Counted from the stretch's first letter, positions 29,061 through 41,134 are shown. The stretch: 56,821 nucleotides of DNA from Candidatus Levyibacteriota bacterium (GCA_009695045.1 SIBS01000002.1:92774-149594); one strand, 5' to 3'. Translations and numbers: made by a program. Notes: generated by a model not told the origin, from the sequence alone.

Positions 29061-31934
29061 ATGGAGAATATAATTATTAAAGGTGCTAGAGAGCACAATC
29101 TAAAAAATATTGACGTTATAATCCCTAAAAATAAACTGGTCGTTTTTACAGGGCTATCTGGTAGTGGAAAATCTTCTCTTGCATTTGACACAATTTATGC
29201 TGAAGGACAACGTAGATATGTAGAAAGTCTTTCATCTTATGCTCGACAATTTTTGGGAATCATGAAGAAACCAGATATTGACCTCATCGAAGGACTTTCT
29301 CCCGCAATTTCCATTGATCAAAAAGGCGCTTCTCATAATCCTCGGTCTACTGTTGGCACAGTAACTGAAATATATGATTATTTAAGACTACTTTATGCAA
29401 GAATCGGTCGCCCACATTGTCCAACCTGCAAAAAAGAAATATCGCATATGTCTAAGGAGCAGATTGTAAATGCAATTATATATATGTTAAAAAAAAATAA
29501 CGAACAAAGAATAAAAATCTTATTACTTGCCCCGTTAGTCAAAGATAGAAAAGGAGAATATTCAGAGCTTTTTATAGACCTGAAAAAAAGAGGCTATAAA
29601 AAAATACGTATAGATAAACGTATCTATTTACTCGATGAAGATGTTGTGCTTATAAAAACTAATAAGCATACCATTGAGCTTGTTCTTGACCAAATAGTTT
29701 TAACAAAAAAAACTGATACTTTACGGATTGCAACAAACGTTGAGCAATCATTACGTTTTGGGAATGGAGAAATTATTGTATCAACAATTCTAGACAAGGG
29801 ATTTGTAATGCCAGAAAAACCAATAGAAATGAAGGACGAATTATTTTCAGAAAAATTTGCTTGTCCAGATTGTGGAATTTCAATTTCAGAAATTGAACCG
29901 AGAATCTTTTCATTCAATACGCCACACGGAGCCTGCGCTGATTGTAATGGAATAGGAAATAATCTTACAGTTGATCAAGAGCTAGTACTAAACAAGAATC
30001 TATCCATAAATGAAGGAGCAATTCTTCCATTTAGTAATTTGCTTCATCAAGATACTTGGTTTGCTAGAACATTTAGAATTTTTTGTGATGAAAATAATAT
30101 CTCTACAATTATAAGAATTGTTGATATGAGATCAGATAAAGTAGACCTACTTCTTCATGGAACAGGTAGTAAAGAATATATGGTTGAAGGAAAGAATCGA
30201 TGGGGAAGAAAAACAATTATAGAAGAATCATTTTATGGAATTATTAAAGAGCTAAGAGATAGATATATGGAAAGTGAGTCAATTCTTGCGAAAACGCAGA
30301 TTGAAAAATATATGCGTTATGAAAAATGTATCACTTGTAATGGATCTCGACTTAAAGTAGAAGCGCTATCAATAACAATACATAATAAATCTATTATTGA
30401 AATTTCCAATCTATCAATAACTGAATGTTTTATTTTTATAAATAACTTAAGCAATCTTTTACTAGAAAGGGAGAAGGAGATAGGAAAAATTATTCTAAAA
30501 GAAATAACAACAAGATTACAATTTCTTATCGATGTTGGATTGGAATATTTAAATCTATCAAGAGGAGCGCATACTCTTTCTGGTGGGGAAGCACAAAGAA
30601 TACGTTTGGCCTCCCAGATAGGAAGTGGGCTAACCGGCGTTCTTTATGTTCTTGATGAACCATCGATTGGATTACATCAGCGTGATAATGCTCGATTAAT
30701 TAAAACTCTTATAAAACTAAAAGACTTAGGTAATAGTGTAATTGTAGTTGAACATGATGAAGAAACTATGCTTGCTTCAGATTATTTATTAGACTTTGGA
30801 CCCGGAGCTGGACAAGCTGGTGGATCAATAACATCTATGGGAACCGTAGATGAGATAAAAAAAGACCCCAATTCATTAACTGGACAATTTTTATCTGGAA
30901 ATAGAAAAATTATGTCTATCCGAAAACCAAAAAAAGAATTCGACAAACAAATTACCATCATAAATGCATCAGAAAATAATTTAAAAAATATTAATATCAG
31001 CTTTCCACTCAATGCACTTGTTGTTGTAACCGGTGTTTCCGGAAGTGGTAAATCAACTTTAGTAAATAACATTTTATATCACGCATTAATGAGAGAGCAA
31101 AATCCTTTCCATCGCGAAAAGCCTGGAGAATTTAAAAGCATCTCGGGAAGTGAAAATATAAAAAGTGTTTTCTTAATAGATCAATCCCCAATTGGTCGAA
31201 CTCCAAGAAGTAATCCTGCAACATATACTGGTTGTTTTTCCTATATACGAGAATTATTCTCAAAAACAAAAGAAGCAAAACTTCGAGGATATGGACCGGG
31301 AAGATTTTCATTTAATGTGAAAGGCGGCAGATGTGAGACATGCGAAGGCGGGGGTCAAATAAAAATTGAGATGCAATTCTTAGCAGATGTTTATATAGTT
31401 TGCGAAACATGCGCTGGCAAACAATATAATAATGAAGCATTAGAAATTTTTTTTAATGGAAAAAATATTGCTGAAATATTGAATATGACCGTTCTTGAAG
31501 CACTAGATTTTTTTTCATTTATACCTAATCTTGCTCATAAAATAAAGATGCTTAATGACGTTGGTCTTTCATACATAAAGCTTGGTCAACCAGCACCAAC
31601 ACTTTCGGGCGGAGAAGCACAACGAATAAAATTATCTGCTGAATTATCAAAGAAGGGAAGAGACGCTATATATTTACTTGATGAACCAACAACGGGACTT
31701 CATTTTGCTGATCTTGAAAAGCTTCTTTTTGTCCTAAGACGATTAGTGGATCAAGGCAATACGATTATCGTCATAGAGCACAATCTAGATGTTATAAAAA
31801 ATGCGGATTATATTATAGATCTTGGCCCAGAGGGGGGAGAAAAAGGAGGAGAAATTATCGCACAGGGAACACCAGAGCAAATTGCAAATACATCTAATTC
31901 ATATACGGGTCAATTCCTTAAAAAAATATTATAA
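29061..31934 (+). CDS. uvrA: Excinuclease ABC subunit A
   Basis: GAREHNLK, two Walker A/LSGGEAQR sets, zinc fingers. Confidence 0.98.
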   Translation: MENIIIKGAREHNLKNIDVIIPKNKLVVFTGLSGSGKSSLAFDTIYAEGQRRYVESLSSYARQFLGIMKKPDIDLIEGLSPAISIDQKGASHNPRSTVGTVTEIYDYLRLLYARIGRPHCPTCKKEISHMSKEQIVNAIIYMLKKNNEQRIKILLLAPLVKDRKGEYSELFIDLKKRGYKKIRIDKRIYLLDEDVVLIKTNKHTIELVLDQIVLTKKTDTLRIATNVEQSLRFGNGEIIVSTILDKGFVMPEKPIEMKDELFSEKFACPDCGISISEIEPRIFSFNTPHGACADCNGIGNNLTVDQELVLNKNLSINEGAILPFSNLLHQDTWFARTFRIFCDENNISTIIRIVDMRSDKVDLLLHGTGSKEYMVEGKNRWGRKTIIEESFYGIIKELRDRYMESESILAKTQIEKYMRYEKCITCNGSRLKVEALSITIHNKSIIEISNLSITECFIFINNLSNLLLEREKEIGKIILKEITTRLQFLIDVGLEYLNLSRGAHTLSGGEAQRIRLASQIGSGLTGVLYVLDEPSIGLHQRDNARLIKTLIKLKDLGNSVIVVEHDEETMLASDYLLDFGPGAGQAGGSITSMGTVDEIKKDPNSLTGQFLSGNRKIMSIRKPKKEFDKQITIINASENNLKNINISFPLNALVVVTGVSGSGKSTLVNNILYHALMREQNPFHREKPGEFKSISGSENIKSVFLIDQSPIGRTPRSNPATYTGCFSYIRELFSKTKEAKLRGYGPGRFSFNVKGGRCETCEGGGQIKIEMQFLADVYIVCETCAGKQYNNEALEIFFNGKNIAEILNMTVLEALDFFSFIPNLAHKIKMLNDVGLSYIKLGQPAPTLSGGEAQRIKLSAELSKKGRDAIYLLDEPTTGLHFADLEKLLFVLRRLVDQGNTIIVIEHNLDVIKNADYIIDLGPEGGEKGGEIIAQGTPEQIANTSNSYTGQFLKKIL

Positions 31935-31986
31935 TTTCCGATATTTTTTACTTGTATGATATCCAGATAGATGCGTATAATAAATT

Positions 31987-33855
31987 GTGAGATTAAAATT
32001 ATCACTTTTTATATTAACGTTTTTTTTTATTTTTCCGCATGAATATGTAACTGCATCAGGAAATACATCCGTATCAATAGAATCAACATATACTATTGAC
32101 ATCAATGGTAAAACAAAAGTACTGTTACAAGGAAAACTTACAAATGAAACTCCCGATCACTATACTTCTTCATTCCAATTAAAGCTTGGATTTAAAAATA
32201 TTGATAATATCAAAGCTAGCGATAGTGGAGGCAGTATACCGGTTTTAATAGATAAATCTAACGATCAATCTATCATTGATCTTTCATTTAAAACCATTGT
32301 TGTAGGCATTGGTAATTCAACAATGTTCTCCTTATCTTTTGATACTAATGATATTGCTAAAAAGAGAGGAAGCATCTGGGAAGTAAATATACCAGGATTA
32401 TCAAATATTTCAGATTACAAAATTTTTGACGTAAACGTAGTTGCTCCTTCTTCTTTTGGAACACCATCATATATTAAGCCACAAACTATAATTGGGAAAA
32501 ATAGAATTCATTTTACAAAAGATCAATTAAATGAATCTGGAATATCATTAGCTTTTGGAACTAAACAAACTTATGCATTTGAACTACTCTATCATTTAAA
32601 AAATCCTAATATTTATCCTATAAATACTGAAATAGCTCTTCCTCCCTCTACTAATTATCAAGAAGTAGCCATTGATGAAATCAGTAGTAAGCCTATAAAT
32701 GTTACAGAGGATGCAGATGGAAATTGGCTAGCAACATATTCGCTATTACCTTCTGAAAAAAAAGATATTGAAGTAAAAGGTAGAGTAAAACTTTCTCTTT
32801 TTCCAAAAACACAAGTGGTAGACGATGATGAGCTAAAAAAATATCTTAAAGAAGACTTATATTGGGAGGTTAACAATGAAAAGATTAAATTATTAGCGCA
32901 AACACTAAAAACACCTTATGCCATTTATGAATATCTAATAAATAATTTAAAATATGACTTCTCAAGAATTACAGATAATAAACCCAGAGCAGGGGCATTA
33001 TTGGCATTAAATGAGCCATCATCTGTTGTATGCTTAGAATTTACAGATCTTTTTATAGCATTAGCTCGAGCAGCCGGCATTCCAGCTCGAGAAATTAATG
33101 GATTTGGATTTACTGATAATGTTAAAAAACGTCCGTTATCCGCTATTAAAGACATATTACATGCATGGCCTGAATATTATGATAAAGAATTGCAAACATG
33201 GATAATGATAGATCCTACTTGGGGGAATACTACGGAAGGAGTAGATTATTTTAATGTACTAGATTTCGATCATATAGTTTTTGCCATAAAAGGAAAAGAT
33301 AGCGAGTATCCTATCCCAGCAGGGGGATATAAACTCAAGGAAAATGAAAATGAAAAAGATGTGAAAGTTTTTTTTACAAATAATGAGATAAATGAAACAC
33401 AAAATATTCAATTAAAAACTGATATAGCAAATTATAGCTCTTCTATAATTCCATTATCTGGCTCTATAAGAATAAGTAATATAGGATCAATAGTAATTGA
33501 AAAAGAAATATTAACAATTACATCTAAAATTCTTGAACCTAAAATAAAGAAGATAAATACCATTCGCATACCACCATATGGAAATTCTAAAATATTACTT
33601 TCATTTGATAAAATGCCAATTTTGACAAATAAACAAGATGTCGTTACAATATCAATCGCTGGTAAAACAATATCTCAATCAGTAAATATATCATTACTGT
33701 ATTTAGGAAAATTTACATGGCTACTATTTGGGTTAATTATTTGTGCAGGAATTCTTTTTACAAGATTATTTATCGCTTCCATCAAAGCCTGGAGTTTATT
33801 TATTTCTCGACGAAAACGAGACAGTATTGTACGTGGGGAAAGCCATCAGGCTTAA
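31987..33855 (+). CDS. Exported transglutaminase-like protein with C-terminal TM anchor
   Basis: Signal peptide; VCLEF, HAWPEY and IDPTW Cys-His-Asp triad. Confidence 0.88.
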   Translation: MRLKLSLFILTFFFIFPHEYVTASGNTSVSIESTYTIDINGKTKVLLQGKLTNETPDHYTSSFQLKLGFKNIDNIKASDSGGSIPVLIDKSNDQSIIDLSFKTIVVGIGNSTMFSLSFDTNDIAKKRGSIWEVNIPGLSNISDYKIFDVNVVAPSSFGTPSYIKPQTIIGKNRIHFTKDQLNESGISLAFGTKQTYAFELLYHLKNPNIYPINTEIALPPSTNYQEVAIDEISSKPINVTEDADGNWLATYSLLPSEKKDIEVKGRVKLSLFPKTQVVDDDELKKYLKEDLYWEVNNEKIKLLAQTLKTPYAIYEYLINNLKYDFSRITDNKPRAGALLALNEPSSVVCLEFTDLFIALARAAGIPAREINGFGFTDNVKKRPLSAIKDILHAWPEYYDKELQTWIMIDPTWGNTTEGVDYFNVLDFDHIVFAIKGKDSEYPIPAGGYKLKENENEKDVKVFFTNNEINETQNIQLKTDIANYSSSIIPLSGSIRISNIGSIVIEKEILTITSKILEPKIKKINTIRIPPYGNSKILLSFDKMPILTNKQDVVTISIAGKTISQSVNISLLYLGKFTWLLFGLIICAGILFTRLFIASIKAWSLFISRRKRDSIVRGESHQA

Positions 33856-35029
33856 AGAGAGAGTTTCATCTTATTTCAGAAAAAATTCTTCATTATTAGA
33901 AAAAACAAAAATACTTGTTTCATTAATTAAGAAGATATCTATTACTATCGTTGAATCAGAAATTGAATCACTTTTACTGGAAGCTACCCTTATAAAAAAA
34001 CACAAGCCTAAATTTAATTCTCGTCTTATCGATGGAAAAGCTTACCCACTAATTAGGATAACAAAAAAGGATAAATATCCCGCATTATTGTCAGCTAGAC
34101 GTCAAGATGACAATAATTCAATTTATTTTGGACCGTATCCAAGCTCTAAATCAATGTGGATAGTTATCAAATCTATTAGGAAAATTTTTCCATTCGTTTC
34201 AATACTTAAACATCCAAAGCGAATTTGTTTATATTATCATTTAGGTCTTTGTCCTTGCCCACCAATATATGATTCCATAGAAATGGAAAACGAATATAAA
34301 AAAACAATTCGATATATAATACAATTCCTTAATGGTCAAACAAAAAAAATAATAAGAGAACTAGAAAAAGAAAGAAATATATTAAGCAAAAAAGAGCTAT
34401 ATCATAAAGCAATTAGGATTCAAGAAAAAATTAATGCAATTCTATATATTACTACTCGTCATCATTCATCAATTGAATATGAATTAAATCCAAATTTACT
34501 TATTGATATTCGCAAGAATGAACTAGATGAACTTTATAATATTCTTAAATCAAATCATTTAAACCTATCTTTTCCACAAAAAATAGAATGTTTCGATATA
34601 TCAAATATTTCAGGAACAAACTCAGTTGGATCAATGGTAGTATTTATAAACGGTGAGAAAGATTCTTCACAATATAGAAAGTTTAAAATAAGTAAATTTA
34701 TCGTAGGGCCAAATGATTTTGCAATGATGGCAGAAGTTGTTAAGAGAAGGATTAAACATCATGAATGGAAATATCCAAATCTTATTATTATTGATGGTGG
34801 AAAAGGTCAAATTTCTTCAGTAAAGCAAGTGCTTATGGATGCAGGTATTTCCATTCCTATTATTGGAATTGCAAAAAAAGAAGAGATTATTATAACAGAA
34901 AATTTTAAAGAGATTTTACTTCCAAAATCAAATAAAGCTTTATTGCTGGTTATGAAGATAAGGGATGAAGCTCATCGATTTGCAATTACATATCATAAAA
35001 AACTTCGTTCAAAATTTATTTTCTCTTAA
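33743..35029 (+). CDS. uvrC: Excinuclease ABC subunit C (no C-terminal HhH)
   Basis: PGVY...YVGKA GIY-YIG domain, ECFDISN, IDGGKGQ, RDEAHRFA. Confidence 0.93.
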   Translation: MQEFFLQDYLSLPSKPGVYLFLDENETVLYVGKAIRLKERVSSYFRKNSSLLEKTKILVSLIKKISITIVESEIESLLLEATLIKKHKPKFNSRLIDGKAYPLIRITKKDKYPALLSARRQDDNNSIYFGPYPSSKSMWIVIKSIRKIFPFVSILKHPKRICLYYHLGLCPCPPIYDSIEMENEYKKTIRYIIQFLNGQTKKIIRELEKERNILSKKELYHKAIRIQEKINAILYITTRHHSSIEYELNPNLLIDIRKNELDELYNILKSNHLNLSFPQKIECFDISNISGTNSVGSMVVFINGEKDSSQYRKFKISKFIVGPNDFAMMAEVVKRRIKHHEWKYPNLIIIDGGKGQISSVKQVLMDAGISIPIIGIAKKEEIIITENFKEILLPKSNKALLLVMKIRDEAHRFAITYHKKLRSKFIFS

Positions 35030-36368
35030 TATCAAATACAAATGGGTAGTAAAGAAAAATAGCAGGTGGATCAGCTAGTAAATATTTTTGAAAATCAGAA
35101 TAAATTTTTAGTCTCTCATCCTGATTAGTTATTTTTCTTCCATCTTCTAGTAATTTATCTATTCTAGGATTATCATAATTTGTAATATTATTAATTTGTT
35201 TTGTATGCCACAGTGCATATTGATCAGGATCTTTTGGCATAATAAAATCACCTATAAAAATCTGGAATACAGATGGCACACTATCAACTATTTCTATTTT
35301 TGTAGAAATTCCTATTTTATTCCATGTTTTAACAATTTCATCAGTAGATTTTTTATATTTAGAAAGTGTTTTTATTACGAGCGAAGGTTTATTCATACCA
35401 CCCATACTTGAAGCATTAATAAGTATTTTTGCATGCTCTATATCAATTTGCTTTTCATTTCCAAAACTAAATGCCCAAAGTGATTGCGGAAAAGGTGAAT
35501 ATGCCCTTTCTCCATCTAAAAATTCTTTTGGAATAGCATAAGACAAACCATTTCTTATTTTTGGATCAGATAGTATTGAATCTTTTGTATTGAAAAAAAG
35601 TGTTACTAACATTTTATAATCAACCTTTTTTTCAACATTTAAATTTGGATATAAATTAAATGATGTATTTTTATAATTTATATTTGATATTCCTAAAATT
35701 TTATTTACTTCTCCAGAAATAAATGCTAGCTTCAATGCCTCTTCTGTTGGATAAAATCTATACATTTTAATTTTATAATTATTTTTAATAGATGCAATTA
35801 TAATTGATTCAACAAAATATCCATTTAATAATATATTTTTTATTTCATAGTTACCTATTCCAATAAAATTGTTTTTAAAAATAGGCTTTGAAACAGTTAC
35901 TAGAAATGGACTATAGCTTTCTTTTAATTTAAAAACGATAGTAGAATCATTAGGATTTTGTACATCTACATCCTTAAATGAATAATTAATTAAACGTGAT
36001 TTTAATTTTTGCCCATCACTAAATAAAATATTCTTTTTAAGAAAAAATGTATAATTTTTTTCATTATTATCGATCTTCCATGATGACGCAAGACCGGGTA
36101 TGGGTATTCCATTTGAAGAAATATTTGTCAATCCATAAGAAAGATCTGATAAAACAATTAGAGGCAAATTATCCATAGTATATGACCCCATAATCCCTAT
36201 TGATTCTTTTTCACCTATAGGAAATCGAGAAATAAATATTTTACCTATTTTAAGAATAGAAAAAAAAATAATAATTCCAATAAAAAAGAAGATTAATATT
36301 CTTTTCCATAATCTTCTTATGTAGGCCCTAATAAGCCATATTAATAGTCTTTTTCTAACAAAAATCAT
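35016..36368 (-). CDS. Family 5 (peptide/nickel) ABC substrate-binding protein
   Basis: GLASSW, YTFFLK...FSDG, DPDQYALWH, IDKLLEDGR. Confidence 0.82.
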   Translation of the reverse strand: MIFVRKRLLIWLIRAYIRRLWKRILIFFFIGIIIFFSILKIGKIFISRFPIGEKESIGIMGSYTMDNLPLIVLSDLSYGLTNISSNGIPIPGLASSWKIDNNEKNYTFFLKKNILFSDGQKLKSRLINYSFKDVDVQNPNDSTIVFKLKESYSPFLVTVSKPIFKNNFIGIGNYEIKNILLNGYFVESIIIASIKNNYKIKMYRFYPTEEALKLAFISGEVNKILGISNINYKNTSFNLYPNLNVEKKVDYKMLVTLFFNTKDSILSDPKIRNGLSYAIPKEFLDGERAYSPFPQSLWAFSFGNEKQIDIEHAKILINASSMGGMNKPSLVIKTLSKYKKSTDEIVKTWNKIGISTKIEIVDSVPSVFQIFIGDFIMPKDPDQYALWHTKQINNITNYDNPRIDKLLEDGRKITNQDERLKIYSDFQKYLLADPPAIFLYYPFVFDIKRK

Positions 36369-36371
36369 AAA

Positions 36372-36587
36372 TTATTTATGAGGAAGTAGAAGAATTATGG
36401 AAACAATTCCGAATATTGATGCTAATATCACCGTTATCCAAAATAATATCTTCTCCATGCTTCTTTTAGTTCTATAAAATTCTGACGCAGAGCCAAATGA
36501 GGCTGAAAAACCACTTCCTTGCATTTGTAATAATATGGAGACTATTAAAAAAAATGATATGACAATTTGAAAAACAATAATAAACAT
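36372..36587 (-). CDS. secG: Preprotein translocase subunit SecG
   Basis: Two TM segments, ILLQ..GSGFSASFG, TKRSMEK. Confidence 0.88.
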   Translation of the reverse strand: MFIIVFQIVISFFLIVSILLQMQGSGFSASFGSASEFYRTKRSMEKILFWITVILASIFGIVSIILLLPHK

Positions 36588-36594
36588 GAGTATA

Positions 36595-37548
36595 TTATAA
36601 TTCTTCTATTATAGCTTTTGCAAGTTTTTGAGAATTATGATAAAGTGGAAAATTTTCATCCACTAAATCTTTTCTTATAATGTTAAATTTATCACAATCA
36701 GATTCATTTTTTAATAGAACATAAGAATAGTTATATTCATCTGGTATGGTAATATTATAATTTGTATTTAAAAAAACTTTATCAAATAGAAAATTTCCAA
36801 TGTGTTTTTTAATAGCTGATATATAATCAATCACATCATATCCCTTAGTTTCAAAAGGCTTATTTGTAGTATTAATTACAAAAAATTTCATAGCCTTACT
36901 TTTAAGAATTGCATTTTTTATCTGTGGAACAATAAGCACTGGTAGAAGTGTGGTATATAAATCTCCTGGGCCAACTAAAATTACATCTGCTGAAATAATT
37001 GCATCTATAACTTCTTGCGATGTTTTAGCATTTTCTGGATGAAGAAATACTCTGCTTAAAATACGTTCACCTGTATATTTACCAAGATCAATATTTTCTT
37101 CTCCTAATATAGTTTTTCCCTCTATAGTTTGCGCTGATATATAAACTGGCTCCACTGTTGCAGGAAGAAAAGTTCCATTTATCTTAAAGACTTTTTGAAA
37201 TAAATCAATAGCATCAGAAAAATTTCCAACAATATCTCTCATGGCAACCATTATAAGATTTCCAAGCTTATGTCCTGCTAGAGCCTCATCGTTACTATAT
37301 CTATCACCCGGAAATCGATAAGTTAACAATTCTGAAAGGGTAGAGTCATCGCTTACCCCGGCCATGCAAGATACAAGATCTCCTGGGGGGAAAATATCGT
37401 ACATTCTTCTCAATCTACCAGATGAGCCTCCTTCATCTGCCATTGAAACAACAACTACAATATTTTTACTATAATTACGTAGACCTTTAATAAGATTTAC
37501 GGTACCAATTCCACCACCAAGACAAACTATTTTTTTATTATTTTTCAT
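36595..37548 (-). CDS. yvcK: YvcK/GlmR (CofD-like) UDP-GlcNAc-binding protein
   Basis: GGGIG, ADEGGSSGRLR, PPGD, GHKLGNL, GPGDLYT. Confidence 0.88.
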   Translation of the reverse strand: MKNNKKIVCLGGGIGTVNLIKGLRNYSKNIVVVVSMADEGGSSGRLRRMYDIFPPGDLVSCMAGVSDDSTLSELLTYRFPGDRYSNDEALAGHKLGNLIMVAMRDIVGNFSDAIDLFQKVFKINGTFLPATVEPVYISAQTIEGKTILGEENIDLGKYTGERILSRVFLHPENAKTSQEVIDAIISADVILVGPGDLYTTLLPVLIVPQIKNAILKSKAMKFFVINTTNKPFETKGYDVIDYISAIKKHIGNFLFDKVFLNTNYNITIPDEYNYSYVLLKNESDCDKFNIIRKDLVDENFPLYHNSQKLAKAIIEEL

Positions 37549-37946
37549 CCTTTAGTAATAAATTCTATTATAGCTACAATAATTGAAAATATAAATGCAA
37601 TAAAAACAAAAGATAAAAAAAGATTAAAACTAAGCTGTGGGGTAGAAAATTTTAATAAAGAAACACTATGAAGTATAAAGGGTCGAATAATAATCTGAGG
37701 AACTATTATGGTAAGTATATAAAAAATACCAGCATTTATTACAAAAGAGAAAGTTCCAAGCGTTATTGCATTTAATGGAAGCGCTATAAGCTGCATTAAT
37801 GGCTTCAAGAAGGAGATTATTGTTAAAATAAGTCCACCAATAATATATGTTTGCAATCCTCCTTCAACTACTAATCCATCAATAAGTTGTGAGATTATAA
37901 AAAAAACAGAAGCATTTATAAGACTTTTTTTTAATATAGCTCTCAT
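37545..37946 (-). CDS. YvlD-like 4-TM membrane protein (phage holin family 4)
   Basis: LKPLMQLIALPLNAITLGTFSFVINA motif. Confidence 0.8.
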   Translation of the reverse strand: MRAILKKSLINASVFFIISQLIDGLVVEGGLQTYIIGGLILTIISFLKPLMQLIALPLNAITLGTFSFVINAGIFYILTIIVPQIIIRPFILHSVSLLKFSTPQLSFNLFLSFVFIAFIFSIIVAIIEFITKG

Positions 37947-38031
37947 TTATATATTTTATCAAATACCATGTTTTGTGTCAAACAATCTAGTTGCAATAAA
38001 AAAAAATAATAAGTATAGTTAAAAAGCTTTT

Positions 38032-39162
38032 ATGAATGATGATTCGTTTTCCTGTCCACATTGCGGAAAACCAGTAGAGCCAACTCGGGCACTAATGCAT
38101 AGGCTTGGAGAAAAAGTAGCAAAAGAACAAGAAAAAAATCATAAACTCGAGATTGAAAGAGTAAAAAAAGAAGCACAAATTCAAGCAGAAAAAGATATTA
38201 AAGAAAAAATTGAGAAAGAGCTTATATTTTCCAAGTCTGCAAATGAAAAACTTATCGAAGAATTATTTAAACTAAAAAAGAATCAAGAAGAAAAAGAAAA
38301 AGATAGTAAAAAATTAGAAGAAAAAATTAAAATCGAAGCAAAGAAAAAAGCAGAAGAAGATGTAGAGCTTCGATTAAAAGCAAAGGATTTGCAACTAGAA
38401 CAGGCTGCGAAGAGCACGGATGAAATGAAAAGAGTAAATGAAGATTTAAAAAGAAAACTTGAACAAGGATCTCAACAGCTACAAGGTGAAGCATTAGAAC
38501 GCAGTCTAGAAGAAAAATTAAAACAAATATTTCCAAATGATGATTTTCTACCAATCCCCAAGGGATTCGAAGGAGCAGATATTCTACAAAAAGTTAAATT
38601 TAAAAATGAAATTGTTGGATCAATTATTTGGGAAACAAAGCGTACTAAAGCTTGGAGCAATGAATGGATAATAAAACTTAAAGAAGATGCAGCAAAAATA
38701 TCAGCTAGTGAAGCAATACTTGTATCAAGCGTGCTTCCAAATGATATAGGAAGCTTTGATAGAAAAGATGGAGTATGGATATCATCATACGAACATGCCA
38801 TTAACATTTGTCGCTATGTTAGATTTCTAATCACATCCATTTGGAAAGTAAAATCATCAACTGTGCAAACTGAAGAAGAATGGGGATTAGTTCGAGACTA
38901 TATCATGAGTGATGCATTTCGACATAAAATGCAGTCTCATTTTGATGGAATAAGTTCACTTCGAAATGGTCTTGAGGGTGAAAAAAGATCAACATTAATT
39001 CGATGGAAAAAAACAGAAAACCAAATTAATAAACTAGATTTGAATACTATAAATTTTTATGCAGAACTAAAAACAATTATACCCAATTTACCAGAAATAA
39101 AAGGAGTTAATATAACGCTTATTGATGATGGTGAAATTAAAGAAAATCTCCTTGATGAATAA
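38032..39162 (+). CDS. DUF2130-like coiled-coil protein
   Basis: CPHC N-terminus, SQQLQGEALE, GADI, IIWETKRTKAWS. Confidence 0.82.
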   Translation: MNDDSFSCPHCGKPVEPTRALMHRLGEKVAKEQEKNHKLEIERVKKEAQIQAEKDIKEKIEKELIFSKSANEKLIEELFKLKKNQEEKEKDSKKLEEKIKIEAKKKAEEDVELRLKAKDLQLEQAAKSTDEMKRVNEDLKRKLEQGSQQLQGEALERSLEEKLKQIFPNDDFLPIPKGFEGADILQKVKFKNEIVGSIIWETKRTKAWSNEWIIKLKEDAAKISASEAILVSSVLPNDIGSFDRKDGVWISSYEHAINICRYVRFLITSIWKVKSSTVQTEEEWGLVRDYIMSDAFRHKMQSHFDGISSLRNGLEGEKRSTLIRWKKTENQINKLDLNTINFYAELKTIIPNLPEIKGVNITLIDDGEIKENLLDE

Positions 39163-39832
39163 ATATCTAATTCAACCAGATTTTAATGAAGAAAAAAAAC
39201 TATGGAAAAATAATTTTGAATATGTGGTTGGAATAGATGAAGTAGGAAGAGGCGCATTTGCTGGACCAGTCGTAGTTGGAGCTGTTACATTTCCCAAAGA
39301 AATAATAAATTTTAACATCAAAAACTTAAACGATGAAATTCATACATTATTCACCTCTATAAATGATTCAAAATTACTTAGTTCTAGTACTAGGGAAAAA
39401 TTAAATATTCTTATAAAGAAATATTCCGTAGCTTTTTCTATTGTTTCAATCGGGGTTCCAATAATTAATAAGATTGGTATAGGAAAAGCAACATTTTTAG
39501 CAATGACAAAATCACTTGAAAAAATAAAAGAAAAATTAGGCAACAATACATATGCCATAATAGATGGATTCTGTATCCCAGGATTAGAAAAAAAATGGCA
39601 GAAAGCAATTATAAAAGGGGATCAGAAAAGTATATCTATAGCAGCAGCATCGATTATAGCAAAAGTATTTAGAGATGATCTCATGAAAAATCTTGATAAA
39701 GATTATCCAGTATATGGGTTTTACAATAATAAGGGTTATGGGACTAGTATCCATCAAAAAGCTTTATTTAATCATGGATTATCAAAGGTACATAGAACTT
39801 CATTTAATTTGAATAGATTCCTGTCTATTTAG
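39155..39832 (+). CDS. rnhB: Ribonuclease HII
   Basis: GIDEVGRGAFAGPV, DSK, KGDQKS.SIAAASIIAK; ATG at 39155 overlaps the upstream stop. Confidence 0.95.
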   Translation: MNKYLIQPDFNEEKKLWKNNFEYVVGIDEVGRGAFAGPVVVGAVTFPKEIINFNIKNLNDEIHTLFTSINDSKLLSSSTREKLNILIKKYSVAFSIVSIGVPIINKIGIGKATFLAMTKSLEKIKEKLGNNTYAIIDGFCIPGLEKKWQKAIIKGDQKSISIAAASIIAKVFRDDLMKNLDKDYPVYGFYNNKGYGTSIHQKALFNHGLSKVHRTSFNLNRFLSI

Positions 39833-41134
39833 ATTTATTTTATTTTTTATTATTTTTTTTGCAATTTGCTTAAATCCTCCATCAGAATTTATTTTCCAAA
39901 CTGTTTTATCTTTTGGAATTACATGAATAATATCCTCTACTTTAAATAAAATCTTTCCTATATAAAAAGGGGGCTCTCCTTTTGGAAGATAAGCGAATAA
40001 TTTTATATTTTTTGATGATTTACTTAAATAATATTTTGCTTCCAAAAAATTAATTGGATCAGATATTAAAATATCTCCACTTTCTCCAAGACTGATCACC
40101 TGCTCTATTCCCCAATTAATAGCTGGCTTAGTCGATATATTTACTATTTTTTCACTAGATTGAACTAGCACAATCATATACATACCAATTATGAATATTA
40201 AAGGAATTCTTATATGCTCAATTGTGTTATAAAGTTTCCATAGGGAATAAGCAATTGCAATAATAATAAGAGGTAAGCTAGCGATAAGATATCTTTCATG
40301 ATAAATAGGAGCAAAATAAACAGAGATTAAATAAGTAATAAATATTGGTAAAAGGGAAAGAGTAATAAAAATAGATATATAATTATCTTTATCTTTTTTA
40401 TGATTTATCCAGTATGATGAAGCTAGAAAAATTATACCAAGCGATAGAAGATAAAGAAGTGGTTGTAAATCAAATATCAAATCCCCACTTGTGTAAACCT
40501 CTAATGAATGCGTGAATATTGCCGTAGTTACTCTAGTAATCCAAAATTCCCTTGCTACATGTTGCCATTGAGTAAGCATAATAGATCCCCAGAAGCTTAA
40601 TGATATTAATGGAATTATTGATAATTTTAGTAAATTCTTTAATAAATTAACTCTTTGCAATAAGCACCAAATAAATGAAGCTAAAAAAGTAAATACAGCA
40701 AAATTATGAGTATATATACCTAATCCAAGAAAAATACTTGCAATAAAATATTTTCTATCAATGAGAAAATAAGTCACACATAAACAAAGTAAGCATAAAA
40801 GTGAATACTGTCGTGCTTCAAAAGCATATTGTAGAAGAAAAGGATTTGCAAAAATAACAAACGTAGTAAGAATTTGTACCCATATGGACTTAGTTATTCG
40901 CTTTATAATTAAAAATGCAACAATTGCAATAAAAATATGAAAAACAAAAGATAAAGATCGAAAAACTATTTCATTATTTCCAAATATACTTACCCAATAA
41001 TGTAATACTATATAATATAATGGGGGACTGAAATCTTTACTTGTTAATCTTATTATCTCCAAAGGAGAATGCGAAGAAAGTAAAGCAGAAAATGCCTCAT
41101 CTCTCCAAAATGATTGATTTAAAATAGGAAGCAT
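39800..41134 (-). CDS. GT-C fold membrane glycosyltransferase (GT39/PMT-like)
   Basis: SFWRDEAFS, PPLYY, EARQY, multiple TM segments. Confidence 0.85.
   Translation of the reverse strand: MLPILNQSFWRDEAFSALLSSHSPLEIIRLTSKDFSPPLYYIVLHYWVSIFGNNEIVFRSLSFVFHIFIAIVAFLIIKRITKSIWVQILTTFVIFANPFLLQYAFEARQYSLLCLLCLCVTYFLIDRKYFIASIFLGLGIYTHNFAVFTFLASFIWCLLQRVNLLKNLLKLSIIPLISLSFWGSIMLTQWQHVAREFWITRVTTAIFTHSLEVYTSGDLIFDLQPLLYLLSLGIIFLASSYWINHKKDKDNYISIFITLSLLPIFITYLISVYFAPIYHERYLIASLPLIIIAIAYSLWKLYNTIEHIRIPLIFIIGMYMIVLVQSSEKIVNISTKPAINWGIEQVISLGESGDILISDPINFLEAKYYLSKSSKNIKLFAYLPKGEPPFYIGKILFKVEDIIHVIPKDKTVWKINSDGGFKQIAKKIIKNKINLNRQESIQIK

Noticed and set aside
37545..37946. Phage holin-family gene as evidence of a prophage
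   Set aside because: YvlD-like proteins are chromosomal neighbours of yvcK-type genes, and no phage genes are nearby
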